NCBI GenBank assembly: GCA_963662315.1 | Contig: OY759353.1 | Location: 2,112,001-2,176,000 of the forward strand | Reading direction: 5' to 3' | DNA length: 64,000 nucleotides | Source: Geopsychrobacteraceae bacterium | GTDB lineage: Bacteria > Desulfobacterota > Desulfuromonadia > Desulfuromonadales > Geopsychrobacteraceae | Shown here: positions 28,024-40,070 of the stretch, one piece after another | Position numbering within the stretch: position 1 is the stretch's first letter | Layout: every line of letters starts with the position of its first letter | Made by a program: the position numbers and the translations under genes | The notes under the pieces: generated by a model | The model's database searches: none | What the model was told of the DNA's origin: nothing | What the model saw: the letters and a program-made list of their open reading frames with translations, nothing else

Positions 28024-31000
28024 TTAAGGTTGAGTGCCGTCAAAGATACTTCTTACCAGCTGGCTCAGTTCCGCCAGATTTAAGGGTTTTTGCAGGTAAG
28101 AGCAAATGCCCTGCCGCCGAATCTCCTGCTCATTGATGATGGCGCTGTAGCCACTGCATAAAATAACCGGCAGATCAGGTTTCTGCTTCAGCAGTTCGGA
28201 GGACAGTTCCTGTCCAGTCATATCAGGCATGGTCTGATCGGTAATGACCAGATCAAAGTGATTCGGATCGGCTCGGAACAGCTCCAGAGCTTTGTGGGCA
28301 TTATTAACTGTGGTGACTTCATAACCATGTTCTCTGAGCAACTGGCCAGAGACCTCCAGTAAAGCTTCTTCATCATCAACAATCAGGATATGTTCATGCC
28401 CACGGGGCAAACGGTTATCTGGCTCTTCAACGCAAGAGATTTTCAATGGCTGATTATCACAGAGGGGAAAGTACACAGAAAACCGGGATCCCTGCCCGGG
28501 ATCACTCTGAACAGTAATAAACCCGTCATGACTGTCAACGATACCTTGCACGACCGCCAACCCCATGCCGGTCCCTTTTCCGACATCCTTGGTCGTAAAA
28601 AAGGGATCAAAAATTTTATCCAGAGTTTCCGGATCAATCCCACAACCATCATCACTGACCGCCAGACAGGCGTAGTCCCCCGACTTAAAATCCCGCCCTT
28701 TCGGCAAGTCCTGCTCGCCCAGCTCAACCAACTCCAGCCCGATGTCAAGATGCCCTTTTTCCTGCATAGCCTGCACACCGTTGTTACAGAGATTCAGCAA
28801 AATCTGCTGTAACTGTGTCGGGTCGGCAGAAATACTTGCATAAGTAGCATTGGTGGCAATATTCAAACGCACATCGACCGTTGCCGGAATGGTTGGGCGC
28901 AACATGCTGAGCAAATCATTCAAGTGTTCGGACAGTACCAGAGACCCTTTATTCTGAATCCCCTGGCGGCTGTAAAGAAGAATTTTCTGCACCAGATCTT
29001 TGGCCTTTAATATCGTGGTCTTGGCATTGTTCAGATACCCCTTGAGAGGGCTGGAAGGTGGAATTTTCAACAATGACAATTCAACATTGCCCAGGATAAT
29101 GGCCAGACTGTTATTGAAATCATGGGCGATACCACCGGCCATGGTTCCAATCGCTTCCATTTTATAAACCTGGCGCAGCTGATCTTCGAGTTCAAGTCGC
29201 TTCTGTTCCGCTTCTCTGATCGGACGCATATCGACATCAACACAGTAAAGCTCTTTTCCTTCTCCAGCCTGGTGCAGGAGATGTGAAGAAAAAACCGGAA
29301 CCTCACGACCATCCTTACCAACCAATAACAACTCTTCTGCGGGTATGGCGATGCCAGTTTCAAGCCATTCATTAATTCCGTCAATAACCGCGTCTTTCAT
29401 GGGTTCCGGAATAATCAGGTCTTCCAGATGGCGACCAAGAGCCTCTTCTTCACGGTAGCCATACAACTCTTCACTGGCCTTATTCCAGAAAATTACCCGT
29501 CGCTTTTCATCGTACCCCTGGATCGCGATCCGGCTAACCTGCTCAATCAGAAGACGGAAACGGGCCTCACTCTCCAGCCGTTTGGCTTCCGCCAATTTCC
29601 CCTTGGTCGCGTCAACAAAGGTCCCAATCAGACGCAGAGGCTTGCCGTTGGCGTCTCGTTCCAGGATCCGACCCCGCCCACGCAACCAAACAATCGATCC
29701 CTTCGGGCGCCGCACTTTGAAGATGTAATCGATACGTTCACTGCGTCCATCAAGATGGGAGCGGATCATGTTCTTTAATTCGACAAGGTCGGCATCATCA
29801 ACCAGAGCAAACAGATCCCCAATCTTCAGAGCGCTTTCACCATCAACACCAAACAACTCTCGACTCCGCAGATCCAGAGTAATATCATGCGTACCGACAT
29901 ACCACTCCCAGACACCGTCAGACACAGCATCCAGAGCTTTCTGTAACAGTTGATCCTGTTGTTCCTGCTTTTTCTGAAGATATTTTTTTTCGGTAATATC
30001 AATGGCAACCCCTTCAGTCACCAATTGCTCATCAGCTGCATACCTGCTGGTAAACCGATCCTGAAACCACAGCCATTCACCGTTTTTATGGCGAATACGA
30101 TATTCCAGTTCATGGGTTTCACCCGCTTTCATCCGGGCAAATAGATCTGTGATAACCCGGCGATCTTCCGGATGGATCGCCTCATACCAGAGTAGAGGCT
30201 GATCTCGCAGTTCATCAACAGATATACCAATAACTCTCTCAAGATGGGGCGAATAGCAGACCCCGCCTTTTCCCATCTGAAAAGAATAAATCAGTCCAGG
30301 AACCCGGTCGACCAAACCGCGATAGCGCTGCTCACTGGCTTCCAGCTGCTCAAACGCCTTTTGAGCCCGATAATTGGCCCGATACAGCAGAACTAAAAAA
30401 ACCAGCAAAACAAAAATGACGCCACAGACAACCAGAATGTACCCTTTTAGGTCACTCCAATTGATCCCGACCGGAGAATGGTAAAAAAACTCATCATCCA
30501 GGTGAAAATTGGCAGGGAGCTCACCTATGGCAATCAGATGACGAGTGATCTGGACCCACTTGGCAACATCCATATGGCCAATTTCACCACGGCCATTGGC
30601 AATCAGACTGCTTAGCACAGAAGCTTCATACAACAAGCTGTCCAGCCCCTTATGCGGGCAATAATTTTTTTGGATAAACTCAACTGACTCAGGAATATGA
30701 TCGAGGGCATAGTGCCACCCTTTCAGCGTTGCCAGCCTGAATTTTTCAACCATATCAGGGGATTTAGCGCATACCTCTTCACGCGTAAACAGCACGTCAC
30801 TGTAAAAGTGAATTCCGTACTCTCTGGGATTGATAATATTGACCTTCTGACCAATTAATTCGAGCGCGAAGGGTTCATTACTCAGATAACCGTTGAAAAC
30901 ATCGGTTTCATTATTCAATAGAGACTGGTAGTTAAAACTGGTCGGTATCCGTGAGACCCGGGACATCAAGTTTTCCTGCTGAAGCAGCGCCAGAAGCGGC

Positions 31001-31428
31001 AGGCTCAGATAACCGGGCGACAGCATAACCCGCTTATCAATAAAATCTTCCGGAGCTTCGATTCCCGAATCGGCCAAAGTCAGAAAGATGGTGGGAGCTT
31101 CCTGCATAATTGCAGCCACAGCGACAATGGGTTTCCCCTGACTACGGTCAACAATCAACCCGGAACTGGCGATACCAAAATCGGCCCGCCCCTCAACAAC
31201 TTCTTTCACCGGATCGTTCCCAGAAGATATGTCCCGGATCTCGACACTTAAACCAGCATCATTGTAATAGCCCTTTTCAAGAGCCATCAGATAGCCGGCA
31301 AACTGAAATTGATACGTCCAGGGTAGCTGGAGAACAACTTTACCGGAAGCAGCACAAACCGGATGAGCAAAGCAGAGCATAAGAACAACTATACTTCCAA
31401 TAAGTATCCTGGTTATGCCTGACATCAT
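28024..31428 (-). CDS. Hybrid sensor kinase: NMT1/THI5-like periplasmic domain, 3 PAS, HisKA, HATPase, REC
   Basis: LQL.W..QFQFAGY..A.EKGYY, PAS/PAC repeats, [39 protein letters not shown]. Confidence 0.92.
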   Translation of the reverse strand: MMSGITRILIGSIVVLMLCFAHPVCAASGKVVLQLPWTYQFQFAGYLMALEKGYYNDAGLSVEIRDISSGNDPVKEVVEGRADFGIASSGLIVDRSQGKPIVAVAAIMQEAPTIFLTLADSGIEAPEDFIDKRVMLSPGYLSLPLLALLQQENLMSRVSRIPTSFNYQSLLNNETDVFNGYLSNEPFALELIGQKVNIINPREYGIHFYSDVLFTREEVCAKSPDMVEKFRLATLKGWHYALDHIPESVEFIQKNYCPHKGLDSLLYEASVLSSLIANGRGEIGHMDVAKWVQITRHLIAIGELPANFHLDDEFFYHSPVGINWSDLKGYILVVCGVIFVLLVFLVLLYRANYRAQKAFEQLEASEQRYRGLVDRVPGLIYSFQMGKGGVCYSPHLERVIGISVDELRDQPLLWYEAIHPEDRRVITDLFARMKAGETHELEYRIRHKNGEWLWFQDRFTSRYAADEQLVTEGVAIDITEKKYLQKKQEQQDQLLQKALDAVSDGVWEWYVGTHDITLDLRSRELFGVDGESALKIGDLFALVDDADLVELKNMIRSHLDGRSERIDYIFKVRRPKGSIVWLRGRGRILERDANGKPLRLIGTFVDATKGKLAEAKRLESEARFRLLIEQVSRIAIQGYDEKRRVIFWNKASEELYGYREEEALGRHLEDLIIPEPMKDAVIDGINEWLETGIAIPAEELLLVGKDGREVPVFSSHLLHQAGEGKELYCVDVDMRPIREAEQKRLELEDQLRQVYKMEAIGTMAGGIAHDFNNSLAIILGNVELSLLKIPPSSPLKGYLNNAKTTILKAKDLVQKILLYSRQGIQNKGSLVLSEHLNDLLSMLRPTIPATVDVRLNIATNATYASISADPTQLQQILLNLCNNGVQAMQEKGHLDIGLELVELGEQDLPKGRDFKSGDYACLAVSDDGCGIDPETLDKIFDPFFTTKDVGKGTGMGLAVVQGIVDSHDGFITVQSDPGQGSRFSVYFPLCDNQPLKISCVEEPDNRLPRGHEHILIVDDEEALLEVSGQLLREHGYEVTTVNNAHKALELFRADPNHFDLVITDQTMPDMTGQELSSELLKQKPDLPVILCSGYSAIINEQEIRRQGICSYLQKPLNLAELSQLVRSIFDGTQP

Positions 31429-31620
31429 CCGGATTCTCCGCCCAACAAGAAATGATCAGATCCCCAATTGAATTAATATCTATTCCTCGCTAACATCTAA
31501 AATTCGGCCCTGAAGTAATCATCCCCCGCAAGTTCAAGTATGAATTATAAAAACCACATGTCAATCAACCCGGTAGATCTCGCGTCTGGGAAAATCTATA
31601 AATCCGGTTAAGAATTAGCG

Positions 31621-31674
31621 TGACCACAATGACCGCAATCTCCACAAAGAATTAAAATCTCAATATGTCCACAA
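31621..31674 (+). repeat. Tandem 9-mer direct repeats in the divergent kinase/flavocytochrome promoter
   Basis: TGACCACAA, TGACCGCAA and TCTCCACAA contiguous at 31621-31647; TGTCCACAA at 31666. Confidence 0.6.
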
Positions 31675-31792
31675 TCTTTACATCTATCTGATTAACTAAT
31701 TAATTTACTAAGCCATCCTTGGTTATTTTTTAGTGATATAGATTATTTTTCACACCGTCATGGTGTTTTCTTTGTGTTCAAGGAGATAACAG

Positions 31793-33622
31793 ATGAATTC
31801 GCGCTACTTAAAAAAACTGGCCATCGCCGCATTGGCAGGTCTCGTTCTGATGTTGACGAGCTGGGGTTGCAGCATACTGCAGACACCAGAAACCACATCG
31901 TCCAGCCCGGGAAAAACTGATGTCCTGGCTGAAGCCCATGCTGTAGAGAATGGTTGTGACAGCTGTCATGAGAATAACAATGGCCCAACAGACGACAACC
32001 TGACTTTTGAAAATAAACAGTGCATTACTTGTCATGGAACACTTGAAGATGTAGTAAAAAATGAGAGAGAAGGCATTGTATCACCCCATCAGTCTCACCT
32101 GATTGGTGCCATTGCCTGTACAGCCTGCCATAAAGGCCACCAGAAATCCGTAGCGTATTGCGATGCATGTCACAGCTTTGGTTACCAGATGCCTTATGGC
32201 GGCACCTGGCAGCGCACATTTGTCCCGGTTGATGCAGACCGGGAAGCCCAGGACAAAGCCATTGCCACTGGTGCAAAAGAGTACACGGACGTCGTGATCA
32301 TCGGTTCCGGGGGTGCGGGGATGTCTGCGGCGGTTGCCGCACGTAATGCCGGAGCCAAGGTCATTCTGCTGGAGAAAGAACCGATCCCGGGCGGGAACAC
32401 CAAACTGGCTGCAGGTGGTATGAACGCAGCCGAAACCAAGCCCCAGGCCAAGCTTGGTATCAAAGACAAAGTTGAGATCATGATCGCAGACACCATGAAA
32501 GGCGGCCGTAATCTCAATGATCCACAGTTGGTCAGTATCTTGGCCAACAATTCTTCCGCGTCCATAGACTGGCTGACCAGTATGGGCGCTGATATGACGG
32601 ATGTCGGGCGCATGGGAGGGGCGAGCGTTAACCGTAGCCACCGTCCGACTGGTGGCGCCGGCGTGGGTGCTCACGTTGCCCAGGTTCTGTGGAACAATGC
32701 AGTTAAGCGCGGCACCGATATCCGCTTTAACAGCAGAGTGGTACGTATCCTGAAGAATGACCAGAACCAAGCCACCGGAGTTCTGGTTAAAGGGGCGGTA
32801 AGCGGCTACTACGTTATCGGTGCCAATGCTGTCGTCCTGGCCACTGGCGGATTCGCTAAAAATAATGAGCGAGTTGCCAAGTATGACCCAAAACTCAAAG
32901 GCTTTGCCGCAACTAATCACCCTGGAGCGACCGGCGATGGACTCGACGTCGCAGCCCTGGCCGGTGTTGCCACCCGCGACCTGAAAGAAATTCAGGCACA
33001 TCCGACCTACTCGCCTGTGGGTGGTGTTATGGTCACTGAAGCTGTCCGTGGCAACGGCGCAATTCTGGTCAACCGTGAAGGGGTCCGCTTTATCAATGAA
33101 ATTACCACCCGCGATAAAGCGTCAGCTGCTATTCTGGCCCAAAAAGGAGCAAGTGCTTACCTGATCTTTGATGATTCAGTCCGCAGAAGTCTGAAAAAAA
33201 TTGAAGGGTACATCCACCTGCACTTCGTTCTGGAAGGGAACAGCGTTGCCGAGCTGGCTGCAAAAATTCCAGTCCCGGCTGCGGCACTGGAACAAACGCT
33301 GACGACCTACAACCAAAGTGTAGAGGCCAAGAAGGATGCCGCTTTCCAACGCCCCAACCTACCACGCAAACTGGCTACCGCGCCTTATTATGCTATTGAG
33401 GTAACCCCAGCAGTCCATCACACCATGGGCGGAGTGGTCATCGATACCAAAGGCGAAGTCAAAGGTGAGGATGGCAAAATTATCGCCGGCCTGTTCGCGG
33501 CTGGAGAAGTCACTGGCGGTGTCCACGGCGGCAATCGCCTGGGCGGCAATGCCATTTCAGACATCGTAACCTTTGGTCGTATTGCAGGAACATCTGCCGC
33601 TGCTTACGCTCACAACAAGTAA
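31793..33622 (+). CDS. Tetraheme flavocytochrome c, fumarate reductase FccA/IfcA-like, predicted lipoprotein
   Basis: Four CxxCH motifs (CDSCH, CITCH, CTACH, CDACH); GSGGAG; catalytic-type motifs HPT, TEAVRG, TTRD, HHTMGG and NRLGGNA; lipobox SWGC. Confidence 0.92.
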   Translation: MNSRYLKKLAIAALAGLVLMLTSWGCSILQTPETTSSSPGKTDVLAEAHAVENGCDSCHENNNGPTDDNLTFENKQCITCHGTLEDVVKNEREGIVSPHQSHLIGAIACTACHKGHQKSVAYCDACHSFGYQMPYGGTWQRTFVPVDADREAQDKAIATGAKEYTDVVIIGSGGAGMSAAVAARNAGAKVILLEKEPIPGGNTKLAAGGMNAAETKPQAKLGIKDKVEIMIADTMKGGRNLNDPQLVSILANNSSASIDWLTSMGADMTDVGRMGGASVNRSHRPTGGAGVGAHVAQVLWNNAVKRGTDIRFNSRVVRILKNDQNQATGVLVKGAVSGYYVIGANAVVLATGGFAKNNERVAKYDPKLKGFAATNHPGATGDGLDVAALAGVATRDLKEIQAHPTYSPVGGVMVTEAVRGNGAILVNREGVRFINEITTRDKASAAILAQKGASAYLIFDDSVRRSLKKIEGYIHLHFVLEGNSVAELAAKIPVPAAALEQTLTTYNQSVEAKKDAAFQRPNLPRKLATAPYYAIEVTPAVHHTMGGVVIDTKGEVKGEDGKIIAGLFAAGEVTGGVHGGNRLGGNAISDIVTFGRIAGTSAAAYAHNK

Positions 33623-33638
33623 AGTTCAATAAATCGAG

Positions 33639-33674
33639 ACGCAAAAAGTCCACATCCTAGTGGGCTTTTTGCGT
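33639..33674 (+). terminator. Terminator after the flavocytochrome c gene
   Basis: ACGCAAAAAGTCCAC / GTGGGCTTTTTGCGT. Confidence 0.7.
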
Positions 33675-34123
33675 TGATTGATCGTCATTTAAAACGGAAA
33701 AACATTTACCAAGACCTGAACTTTAAAGTAAGAGCAGTAAGATATATACCCCCTATATACACCCTGATCCCATAAAACGCACTTTCCCCACTCGTGAACT
33801 GTAACCGAACCAGTTCTGCCAATAGCGAAGCACCCCTCCCTGAAGATTATCTAAGTAGCTATATTCAATCATTTAATTCAATAATGCCATTCAGAATACA
33901 ACATAAATTAAACATTGTTTTCATCACCATTAAAGAACCTTTTTTTACCCGCCAAGAATAAAAACTTTATATTTTCTACACTTACACAAAGACAAAAAAA
34001 TTAACAAATTATTATTAGACATTATTGACATTCTTTTGCAAGTAAGACTAAACTTACACAGCCAATACAGATAACGATGTTCTGTTCCCTCTGGCGTTTT
34101 TTTTGCATGCGAAAGGATTGCTC

Positions 34124-36514
34124 ATGAGCCTTAAATCTATCCAACTCAAAATTGCCTTACTGGCTGGTATATGCCTGTTGTTGACCGCTGGGATATTAGT
34201 CACGTACAGCTTGGTTACATCCAGGAGCACCCAGACCTTTACCATTGCCAATGTTTCTAAACAGCAAGAAAAAATGGCTCTGGATGGGCTTCAGACCCTG
34301 GCGGGTGAGCAGGCTGGAAAAATTCAGTCGGAGTTTGAACTTGCGCTTGATGCCGCACGAACCATGGCCAATGTCTTTGAGGTGGGTAAAACCAAAGACA
34401 AATATGGCATGACCACTCTCAACCTGAGCCGTTCCGGACTGAACGCGATACTCCTGAACGTGTTAAAGGCCAATCCAGCCTTTAACGGCACCTATTCCTG
34501 CTGGGAACCGGATGCCCTCGATGGGCTGGACCAGAACTACAAAAACGGTCTTGATGGCAATAATAATGAGACCGGCCGCTTCACCCCATACTGGACCCGT
34601 GATGCCAGTGGCAATATTGCGGTTCAGCCGTTGGTTGAATACGACACCAATGACAAACACCCCAATGGTGTCCTGAAAGGGGGTTGGTACATTGCACCGC
34701 GTGATGAGCGCCATGAGAGTGTACTCGGCCCTCTGCCTTACATCGTTCAAGGGAAACAGGTATGGCTGGCAACCATGTCAGTGCCGATCGTTGTCAACGA
34801 TAAATTCCTCGGCGTTGCCGGGGCGGACTATGACCTTTCGTTTGTCCAGAAGTTGAGTGAGAATGTTGACAAAGACCTGCTGGATGGCCAGGCCACCATT
34901 GTCATCCTAAGCGATGCCGGTCTGGTTATTGCGGACAGTGAAGCTCCCGACTCGATCGGTAAAAGTATCGACAACGTGCTCAAAAATGGTAAAGAGGAAG
35001 CTCTTCAAACCATCCGTGACGGCAAATCACGCACGATCGTCAATGAGCAGACCGGCAATGTGAACGTTTTCTACCCTATCAAGCTCGGCGCGACCGGTAA
35101 GCCCTGGTCAATTATGGTCAAGGTTCAAAAAAATATCATTCTGGCTGAAGCTCATCGTCTCAGTGATGAACTGACAATACGGGGGCAGTCAACTGCCATG
35201 TGGCAGATGGGTGTCAGCGTAGCGGTAATATTTGCCGCCCTGATCATCCTGTGGTGGTCTGCCCGGAGTATCGCAGGTCCGATTAAAGCAGCAGCACAGC
35301 TGGCAGACGCTATCAGACTGGGAGATTTCAGTAAACGCCTTAATCTGAAAAGTAAGGATGAAGTCGGTCAGCTTGCCCATTCACTCGATGAAATGGCGGA
35401 GGGCTTACAAGCTTCTGCCAACGTTGCGCAAGCCATTGCCCAGGGAGACCTGACCAAGACCGCCCGGGTTGCCTCTGAACATGATCAATTAGGCAATGCC
35501 TTGAAGACCATGATCGAAAACCTTCAGGAAATGGTTGGCAGTATTCAGGTTGCCGGTGAGCAGATCGCTTCCGGATCAGGACAGATAGCCAGCGCCAGCC
35601 AGGCCCTGTCAGAAGGGGCCACCCAATCGGCCAGTGCCATTGAAGAAGTGACAGCTTCAATGAACCAGATGGCCGAGCAGGTTAAGGTCAACGCCCATAA
35701 TGCCGCAACAGCGACCACTGTTTCTTCAGAATCACAAAAGGCGGCAACTAATGGTAATAACCGTATGGCTGAGATGGTCACAGCCATGGACAAGATTAAT
35801 CAGGCTGGCCAGAATATTTCTAAAATTATCAAGGTTATCGACGAAATCGCCTTTCAGACCAACCTGCTGGCCCTTAATGCCGCGGTTGAAGCTGCACGCG
35901 CCGGGCAACATGGTAAAGGTTTTGCCGTCGTGGCTGAAGAGGTCCGGAATTTGGCAGCCCGTAGTGCAAAAGCCGCTGAAGAGACCGCTGAACTCATCGA
36001 AGGTTCGGTAGCATTGACTGATCAGGGGGTCAAAATGGCCGAGCAGACAGCAGCAGCTCTGACAGAAATCATGACCGGAACGACCAAGGTTGCCGACCTG
36101 CTCAAAGAAATTGCTGCGGCGTCCAGTGAACAGGCTCAGGAAATTACCCAGGTCACCAGCGGACTGACCAGTATCGATCAGGTTGCCCAGCAAAATACCG
36201 CAAGTGCAGAAGAAAGCGCCGCAGCAGCAGAAGAGCTATCCGGTCAGGCAGCACACCTGCAAAGTATGCTGCAGCGCTTTATTCTCAAGCAGGGGCAAGA
36301 TAACAATCGACCAGCGCAAACGCAAAACTACAGACTTGGACAGCAGTCACTTTCCAGCCCGAGAACAAAATCACCAACAACTCCGAAGCCTGTAGGAAAA
36401 GTCGCCCCGCGAGCCCAAGCCAGCACGACTGCAGACAAAGGGTGGGGGGACCTGGAGAAGTCCAGCGCGAAAATCAAGATTTCCCTGGATGATGATGAAT
36501 TTGGTAAGTTCTGA
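34124..36514 (+). CDS. Methyl-accepting chemotaxis protein (dCache, HAMP)
   Basis: GRFTPYW and GWY..P in the Cache domain; [21 protein letters not shown]-terminal DEFGKF. ATG 34124 preferred. Confidence 0.94.
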   Translation: MSLKSIQLKIALLAGICLLLTAGILVTYSLVTSRSTQTFTIANVSKQQEKMALDGLQTLAGEQAGKIQSEFELALDAARTMANVFEVGKTKDKYGMTTLNLSRSGLNAILLNVLKANPAFNGTYSCWEPDALDGLDQNYKNGLDGNNNETGRFTPYWTRDASGNIAVQPLVEYDTNDKHPNGVLKGGWYIAPRDERHESVLGPLPYIVQGKQVWLATMSVPIVVNDKFLGVAGADYDLSFVQKLSENVDKDLLDGQATIVILSDAGLVIADSEAPDSIGKSIDNVLKNGKEEALQTIRDGKSRTIVNEQTGNVNVFYPIKLGATGKPWSIMVKVQKNIILAEAHRLSDELTIRGQSTAMWQMGVSVAVIFAALIILWWSARSIAGPIKAAAQLADAIRLGDFSKRLNLKSKDEVGQLAHSLDEMAEGLQASANVAQAIAQGDLTKTARVASEHDQLGNALKTMIENLQEMVGSIQVAGEQIASGSGQIASASQALSEGATQSASAIEEVTASMNQMAEQVKVNAHNAATATTVSSESQKAATNGNNRMAEMVTAMDKINQAGQNISKIIKVIDEIAFQTNLLALNAAVEAARAGQHGKGFAVVAEEVRNLAARSAKAAEETAELIEGSVALTDQGVKMAEQTAAALTEIMTGTTKVADLLKEIAAASSEQAQEITQVTSGLTSIDQVAQQNTASAEESAAAAEELSGQAAHLQSMLQRFILKQGQDNNRPAQTQNYRLGQQSLSSPRTKSPTTPKPVGKVAPRAQASTTADKGWGDLEKSSAKIKISLDDDEFGKF

Positions 36515-36585
36515 CTTTAATTGTCTCGCGCAACGCCCAAAGTTCAGGGCGTTGCGACAACAGCAAAACAATTTGTGCGACCAAC

Positions 36586-36622
36586 AAAAAAAGCGCTCTG
36601 TGCATTCTCAGAGCGCTTTTTT
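36586..36622. terminator. Bidirectional-type terminator
   Basis: AAAAAAAGCGCTCTG / CAGAGCGCTTTTTT. Confidence 0.75.
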
Positions 36623-36719
36623 CTTCATTTCTTTCTCTATTTTGCCCCCGAACGAGAGGGCCACTCCGGGATTATCTTAAGCCTAACGATGAATCCCGTC
36701 ATTTAAGTTTCACTATTTT

Positions 36720-36764
36720 TTACAGGCCCTTCGCTAGGTAACATGGTGGCTCAGAGACGGTCAT
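36720..36764 (-). other. 14-codon ORF with perfect SD; possible remnant of a deleted gene
   Basis: AAGGAGG at 36773-36779, then ATG 36764: MTVSEPPCYLAKGL-TAA. Divergent from gntR. Confidence 0.35.
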
Positions 36765-36989
36765 AATGTCTTCCTCCTTTAGCGTTTGAGGTAATTTAAA
36801 TATACCACAAAACCAGCTGTCTGTGGCAAGCCCATCGGTAAAAAAAATGTTCTCCATCCTTAGATTTCATTTATCTGCATTGAAATAGAGTAAAAAACAG
36901 TTGCTGTAAAATCAATTCCAATATATCTTTTATTCATATTATCATTATATCAATTAAAAAATAACCTTCAGCAGAGGGATTCAACAATC

Positions 36990-37709
36990 ATGACAAAACA
37001 GAATATCGTGCGCCCGATTAAGCGAACCCGACTGCACGAGCAGGTTGCCCGGACCCTGAGTCTCAAGATTCTGAATCGTGAATTGCAACCGGACACCCTG
37101 CTGCCCAATGAAGAATCGCTCTCCCAACTTTTCGACGTCAGCAAACCTGTGATCCGTGAAGCCATTAACTTCATGGATGCCAAAGGTCTGGTTCAGGTAC
37201 GCCCCCGTATCGGAGCCAGGGTCTGCGACCCTTCCAGTTGGATCATTAATGATCCGGTGTTGATGAAATGGCGGATTGAAAGTTCTCCGGGAAAAAAGTT
37301 CATTCTCAACCTGCTTGAAGTACGGACTATTATTGAGCCCATCGCAGCGGGCCTTGCTGCTGAACGCGCGACCGCTACTGATTTGGAAAAGATTGATGCG
37401 GCTCTTGAACTCATGGAACAGGCCGATAGCCTGAACAGACATATTGCTGCGGATATTCAGTTCCACCTGGCAATTCTCGAAGCCTGCGGCAATGACCTAT
37501 TGATCAGCTCACTTAAACCTGTCATCGACACCGTCCTCGGATCAAGTTTCACCCAGTTTATCCACTCCTTTTCTGCCGCTAAGGATTCCATTGCGGTACA
37601 CCGTCAGGTTGCTGATGCAATCAGAGACAAGGATGATAATGCGGCAATTGAAGCGATGAAACAGATCATCAAGAGCTCTGCTGATGACATTCAGGCAAAC
37701 AACGGCTGA
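36990..37709 (+). CDS. GntR/FadR family transcriptional regulator
   Basis: LP.EE.L...FDVS..VIREA...GLV..RP..G wHTH plus FCD domain (D..FH.AI..ACGN). Confidence 0.92.
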   Translation: MTKQNIVRPIKRTRLHEQVARTLSLKILNRELQPDTLLPNEESLSQLFDVSKPVIREAINFMDAKGLVQVRPRIGARVCDPSSWIINDPVLMKWRIESSPGKKFILNLLEVRTIIEPIAAGLAAERATATDLEKIDAALELMEQADSLNRHIAADIQFHLAILEACGNDLLISSLKPVIDTVLGSSFTQFIHSFSAAKDSIAVHRQVADAIRDKDDNAAIEAMKQIIKSSADDIQANNG

Positions 37710-37827
37710 TGACAGATTATAAGCCAATGCTAGCCTACAGCCAGCCGTCGACCGACATCTCAGTAACCACAAATAAACATGATTGATAGCAACAAAGTAT
37801 CCCAATATATTGTAACAGGAGGCTAAA

Positions 37828-39024
37828 ATGAAGATTACCGCCGTTGAGACCTTGATTCTCGAAGAGTTCAACAATGTGACCTGGGTCCGGGTCCATACGG
37901 ACGAAGGAATTACCGGTATCGGTGAAACTTACTACGGTTCAGGCGCCGTCAGCGCCCATATTCACGACACACTTGCGGCTCGTCTGCTGGGTAAAAACCC
38001 TCTCAACATTGAAGCCCTCAATCGCGAGATGGTCAACCTCCCACTGGCCCAGGCCTCTACCGGTGCCGAATACCGTGCCGCATCAGCGATTGATATTGCC
38101 CTGTGGGACCTGTACGGCAAGGTTGTCAACCAACCGGTTCACCAGTTACTAGGAGGTCTGTGTTGGGACAAGCTGCGGGTTTACAACACCTGCGCCGGCT
38201 ATCGTTATGTCAGGTCGGCCAACATCCGGCCAGTCGACACCTGGAACTTCAGTAGCGACGGCCCCTATGAAGACCTGCAGGGGTTCATGGAACGTCCTGC
38301 CGAACTCGCCCAGAGCCTGCTCGACATGGGAATCAGCGCCATGAAAATCTGGCCTTTTGACCCGGCAGCCAACGCAAACAAGGGGCGATACATTTCTGCC
38401 GCTGAGATGAAAAAAGCTCTCTGGCCTTTCGAAGAGATCCGTAAGGCGGTCGGCGATAAAATGGATATTATGGTTGAGTTCCACTGCTTGTGGGATCTAC
38501 CAACCGCCAAACAGATTGCCCGTGAATTGGAGCCCTTCAAACCTTATTGGTTCGAAGATTCAATCCGCATGAACTCACCACAAGCCTTGGCTGAGTATGC
38601 CCGCTCAACTCCGATTCGCGTATGCGCCAGCGAAACCCTTGGCTCAGCAATGCCCTACAACGAGATGCTGCGTCATGATGCCATTGATGTTGTTATGGTT
38701 GATATCTGTTGGACCGGCGGGATTACCGAAGCGCGCAAGATCGCAATTTTGGCGGATATCCATCATAAACCTTTCGCCCCCCATGACTGCACCGGGCCCA
38801 TCGGTCTGGCCGCAGCGGTTCACACCGCACTCAGCCAGCCTAACTCATTGATTCAGGAGACCGTTCGCGCCTTCTACACCGGTTGGTACAAAGAAGTTGT
38901 TACCACCATCCCAACCATCAAAGATGGCTATGTCTATCCGATGGAAGGCCCCGGCCTTGGTATTGACCTGTTGCCCGAAGTCATGAAACGCGACGACCTG
39001 ATCGTCAGAAAATCAACGCTGTAA
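37828..39024 (+). CDS. Mandelate racemase/enolase superfamily enzyme (probable acid-sugar dehydratase)
   Basis: TDEGITGIGE, SAIDIALWDL.GK, KIW, MVEFH, WFED, ASE, APH, GPGLG. Confidence 0.88.
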   Translation: MKITAVETLILEEFNNVTWVRVHTDEGITGIGETYYGSGAVSAHIHDTLAARLLGKNPLNIEALNREMVNLPLAQASTGAEYRAASAIDIALWDLYGKVVNQPVHQLLGGLCWDKLRVYNTCAGYRYVRSANIRPVDTWNFSSDGPYEDLQGFMERPAELAQSLLDMGISAMKIWPFDPAANANKGRYISAAEMKKALWPFEEIRKAVGDKMDIMVEFHCLWDLPTAKQIARELEPFKPYWFEDSIRMNSPQALAEYARSTPIRVCASETLGSAMPYNEMLRHDAIDVVMVDICWTGGITEARKIAILADIHHKPFAPHDCTGPIGLAAAVHTALSQPNSLIQETVRAFYTGWYKEVVTTIPTIKDGYVYPMEGPGLGIDLLPEVMKRDDLIVRKSTL

Positions 39025-39039
39025 GAAGGAGATTGCTTA

Positions 39040-39816
39040 ATGTCTTTAGTAAATCAACTGTTCGACCTGACTGGAAAAACCGCCCTGATTACCGGCGGTA
39101 GCCGTGGTCTTGGCAAAGATATGGCAAAAGCGCTTGCCGAAGCCGGGGCTAAAATTGTTATCAATGGACAGAATCTGGACACTCTGCAAAAAACTGCAGA
39201 TGAGTTTAAAGCGGCGGGCTACCAGATTGAGACCTCGCCATTTGATGTTCGTGATGAGAAAAGTGTTGTTGCTGCTTTTGAAAAGCTGGATAAAGAAGGA
39301 ATTTCCATCGACATCCTGGTCAACAATGCCGGTATTCAGCATCGTCAACCGATGGTCGATTTGTCTTGCGCTGACTGGCAGCGGGTTATCGACACTAACC
39401 TGACCAGCGCCTTCCTGGTTGGACGCGAAGTCGCCAAACGGATGATCGCAGCCGGTAAAGGTGGCAAAATCATCAATATCGGTTCTCTGACGAGCGATGT
39501 TGCCCGCGCTACCGTTGCGCCTTACACTGCAGCCAAAGGCGGCGTTAAAATGTTGACCAAGGCGATGTCCGCCGAATGGGCAAAATTCAACATTCAGGCG
39601 AATGCCATTGGTCCCGGTTACATGCTGACCGAAATGACCAAGCCTCTGGCGGATGATCCAAAATTCGACGGCTGGGTCAAAAGCCGTACTCCGTCAGAGC
39701 GTTGGGGTCTTCCGGAAGATCTGATGGGTACCATCATCTTCCTCAGTTCGTCTGCCTCTAATTACGTCAACGGCCAGATTCTTTATGTTGATGGTGGCAT
39801 GTTGTCGGTGCTTTAA
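39040..39816 (+). CDS. Gluconate 5-dehydrogenase (IdnO/KduD-like SDR)
   Basis: LFDLTGKTALITGGSRGLG, NNAGIQHR, AR.TVAPYTAAKGG, NAIGPGY, YVNGQILYVDGGMLSVL. Confidence 0.88.
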   Translation: MSLVNQLFDLTGKTALITGGSRGLGKDMAKALAEAGAKIVINGQNLDTLQKTADEFKAAGYQIETSPFDVRDEKSVVAAFEKLDKEGISIDILVNNAGIQHRQPMVDLSCADWQRVIDTNLTSAFLVGREVAKRMIAAGKGGKIINIGSLTSDVARATVAPYTAAKGGVKMLTKAMSAEWAKFNIQANAIGPGYMLTEMTKPLADDPKFDGWVKSRTPSERWGLPEDLMGTIIFLSSSASNYVNGQILYVDGGMLSVL

Positions 39817-39838
39817 AAGATATCAGTATCCCCTGCCC

Positions 39839-39871
39839 AAAAGGCTCATTTCAATGCGAAATGAGCCTTTT
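39839..39871 (+). terminator. Terminator of the gntR-dehydratase-SDR operon
   Basis: AAAAGGCTCATTTC / GAAATGAGCCTTTT. Confidence 0.75.
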
Positions 39872-39949
39872 CTATTTTATAGAAGCCCATACCAAACGAC
39901 TCCTAAGCGGCGTTCCATCCGCCCTGGAGAACTAAATCAATACTGAATT

Positions 39950-40070
39950 AAAGAAGAAGAGCCGACATCGGAAGGGGGGGACGATGTCGGCTCCAAACAG
40001 GAAAAAAGGTATGAGAGGTTTCAGCATCAGCATTTCAACTTCAACAGCGACCTGCTGATAACAGGTAATT
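39950..40070 (-). ncRNA. Candidate small regulatory RNA
   Basis: Minus strand: 5' hairpin (ATCAGCA/TGCTGAT), C/U-rich linker, 12-bp GC hairpin with a C-rich loop and a pyrimidine tail. No minus-strand CDS explains it. 5' end uncertain. Confidence 0.45.

Noticed and set aside
34048..34074. Sigma28 promoter for the MCP
   Set aside because: TAAA to ACAGATAA spacing is off by one and the -10 element has two mismatches.
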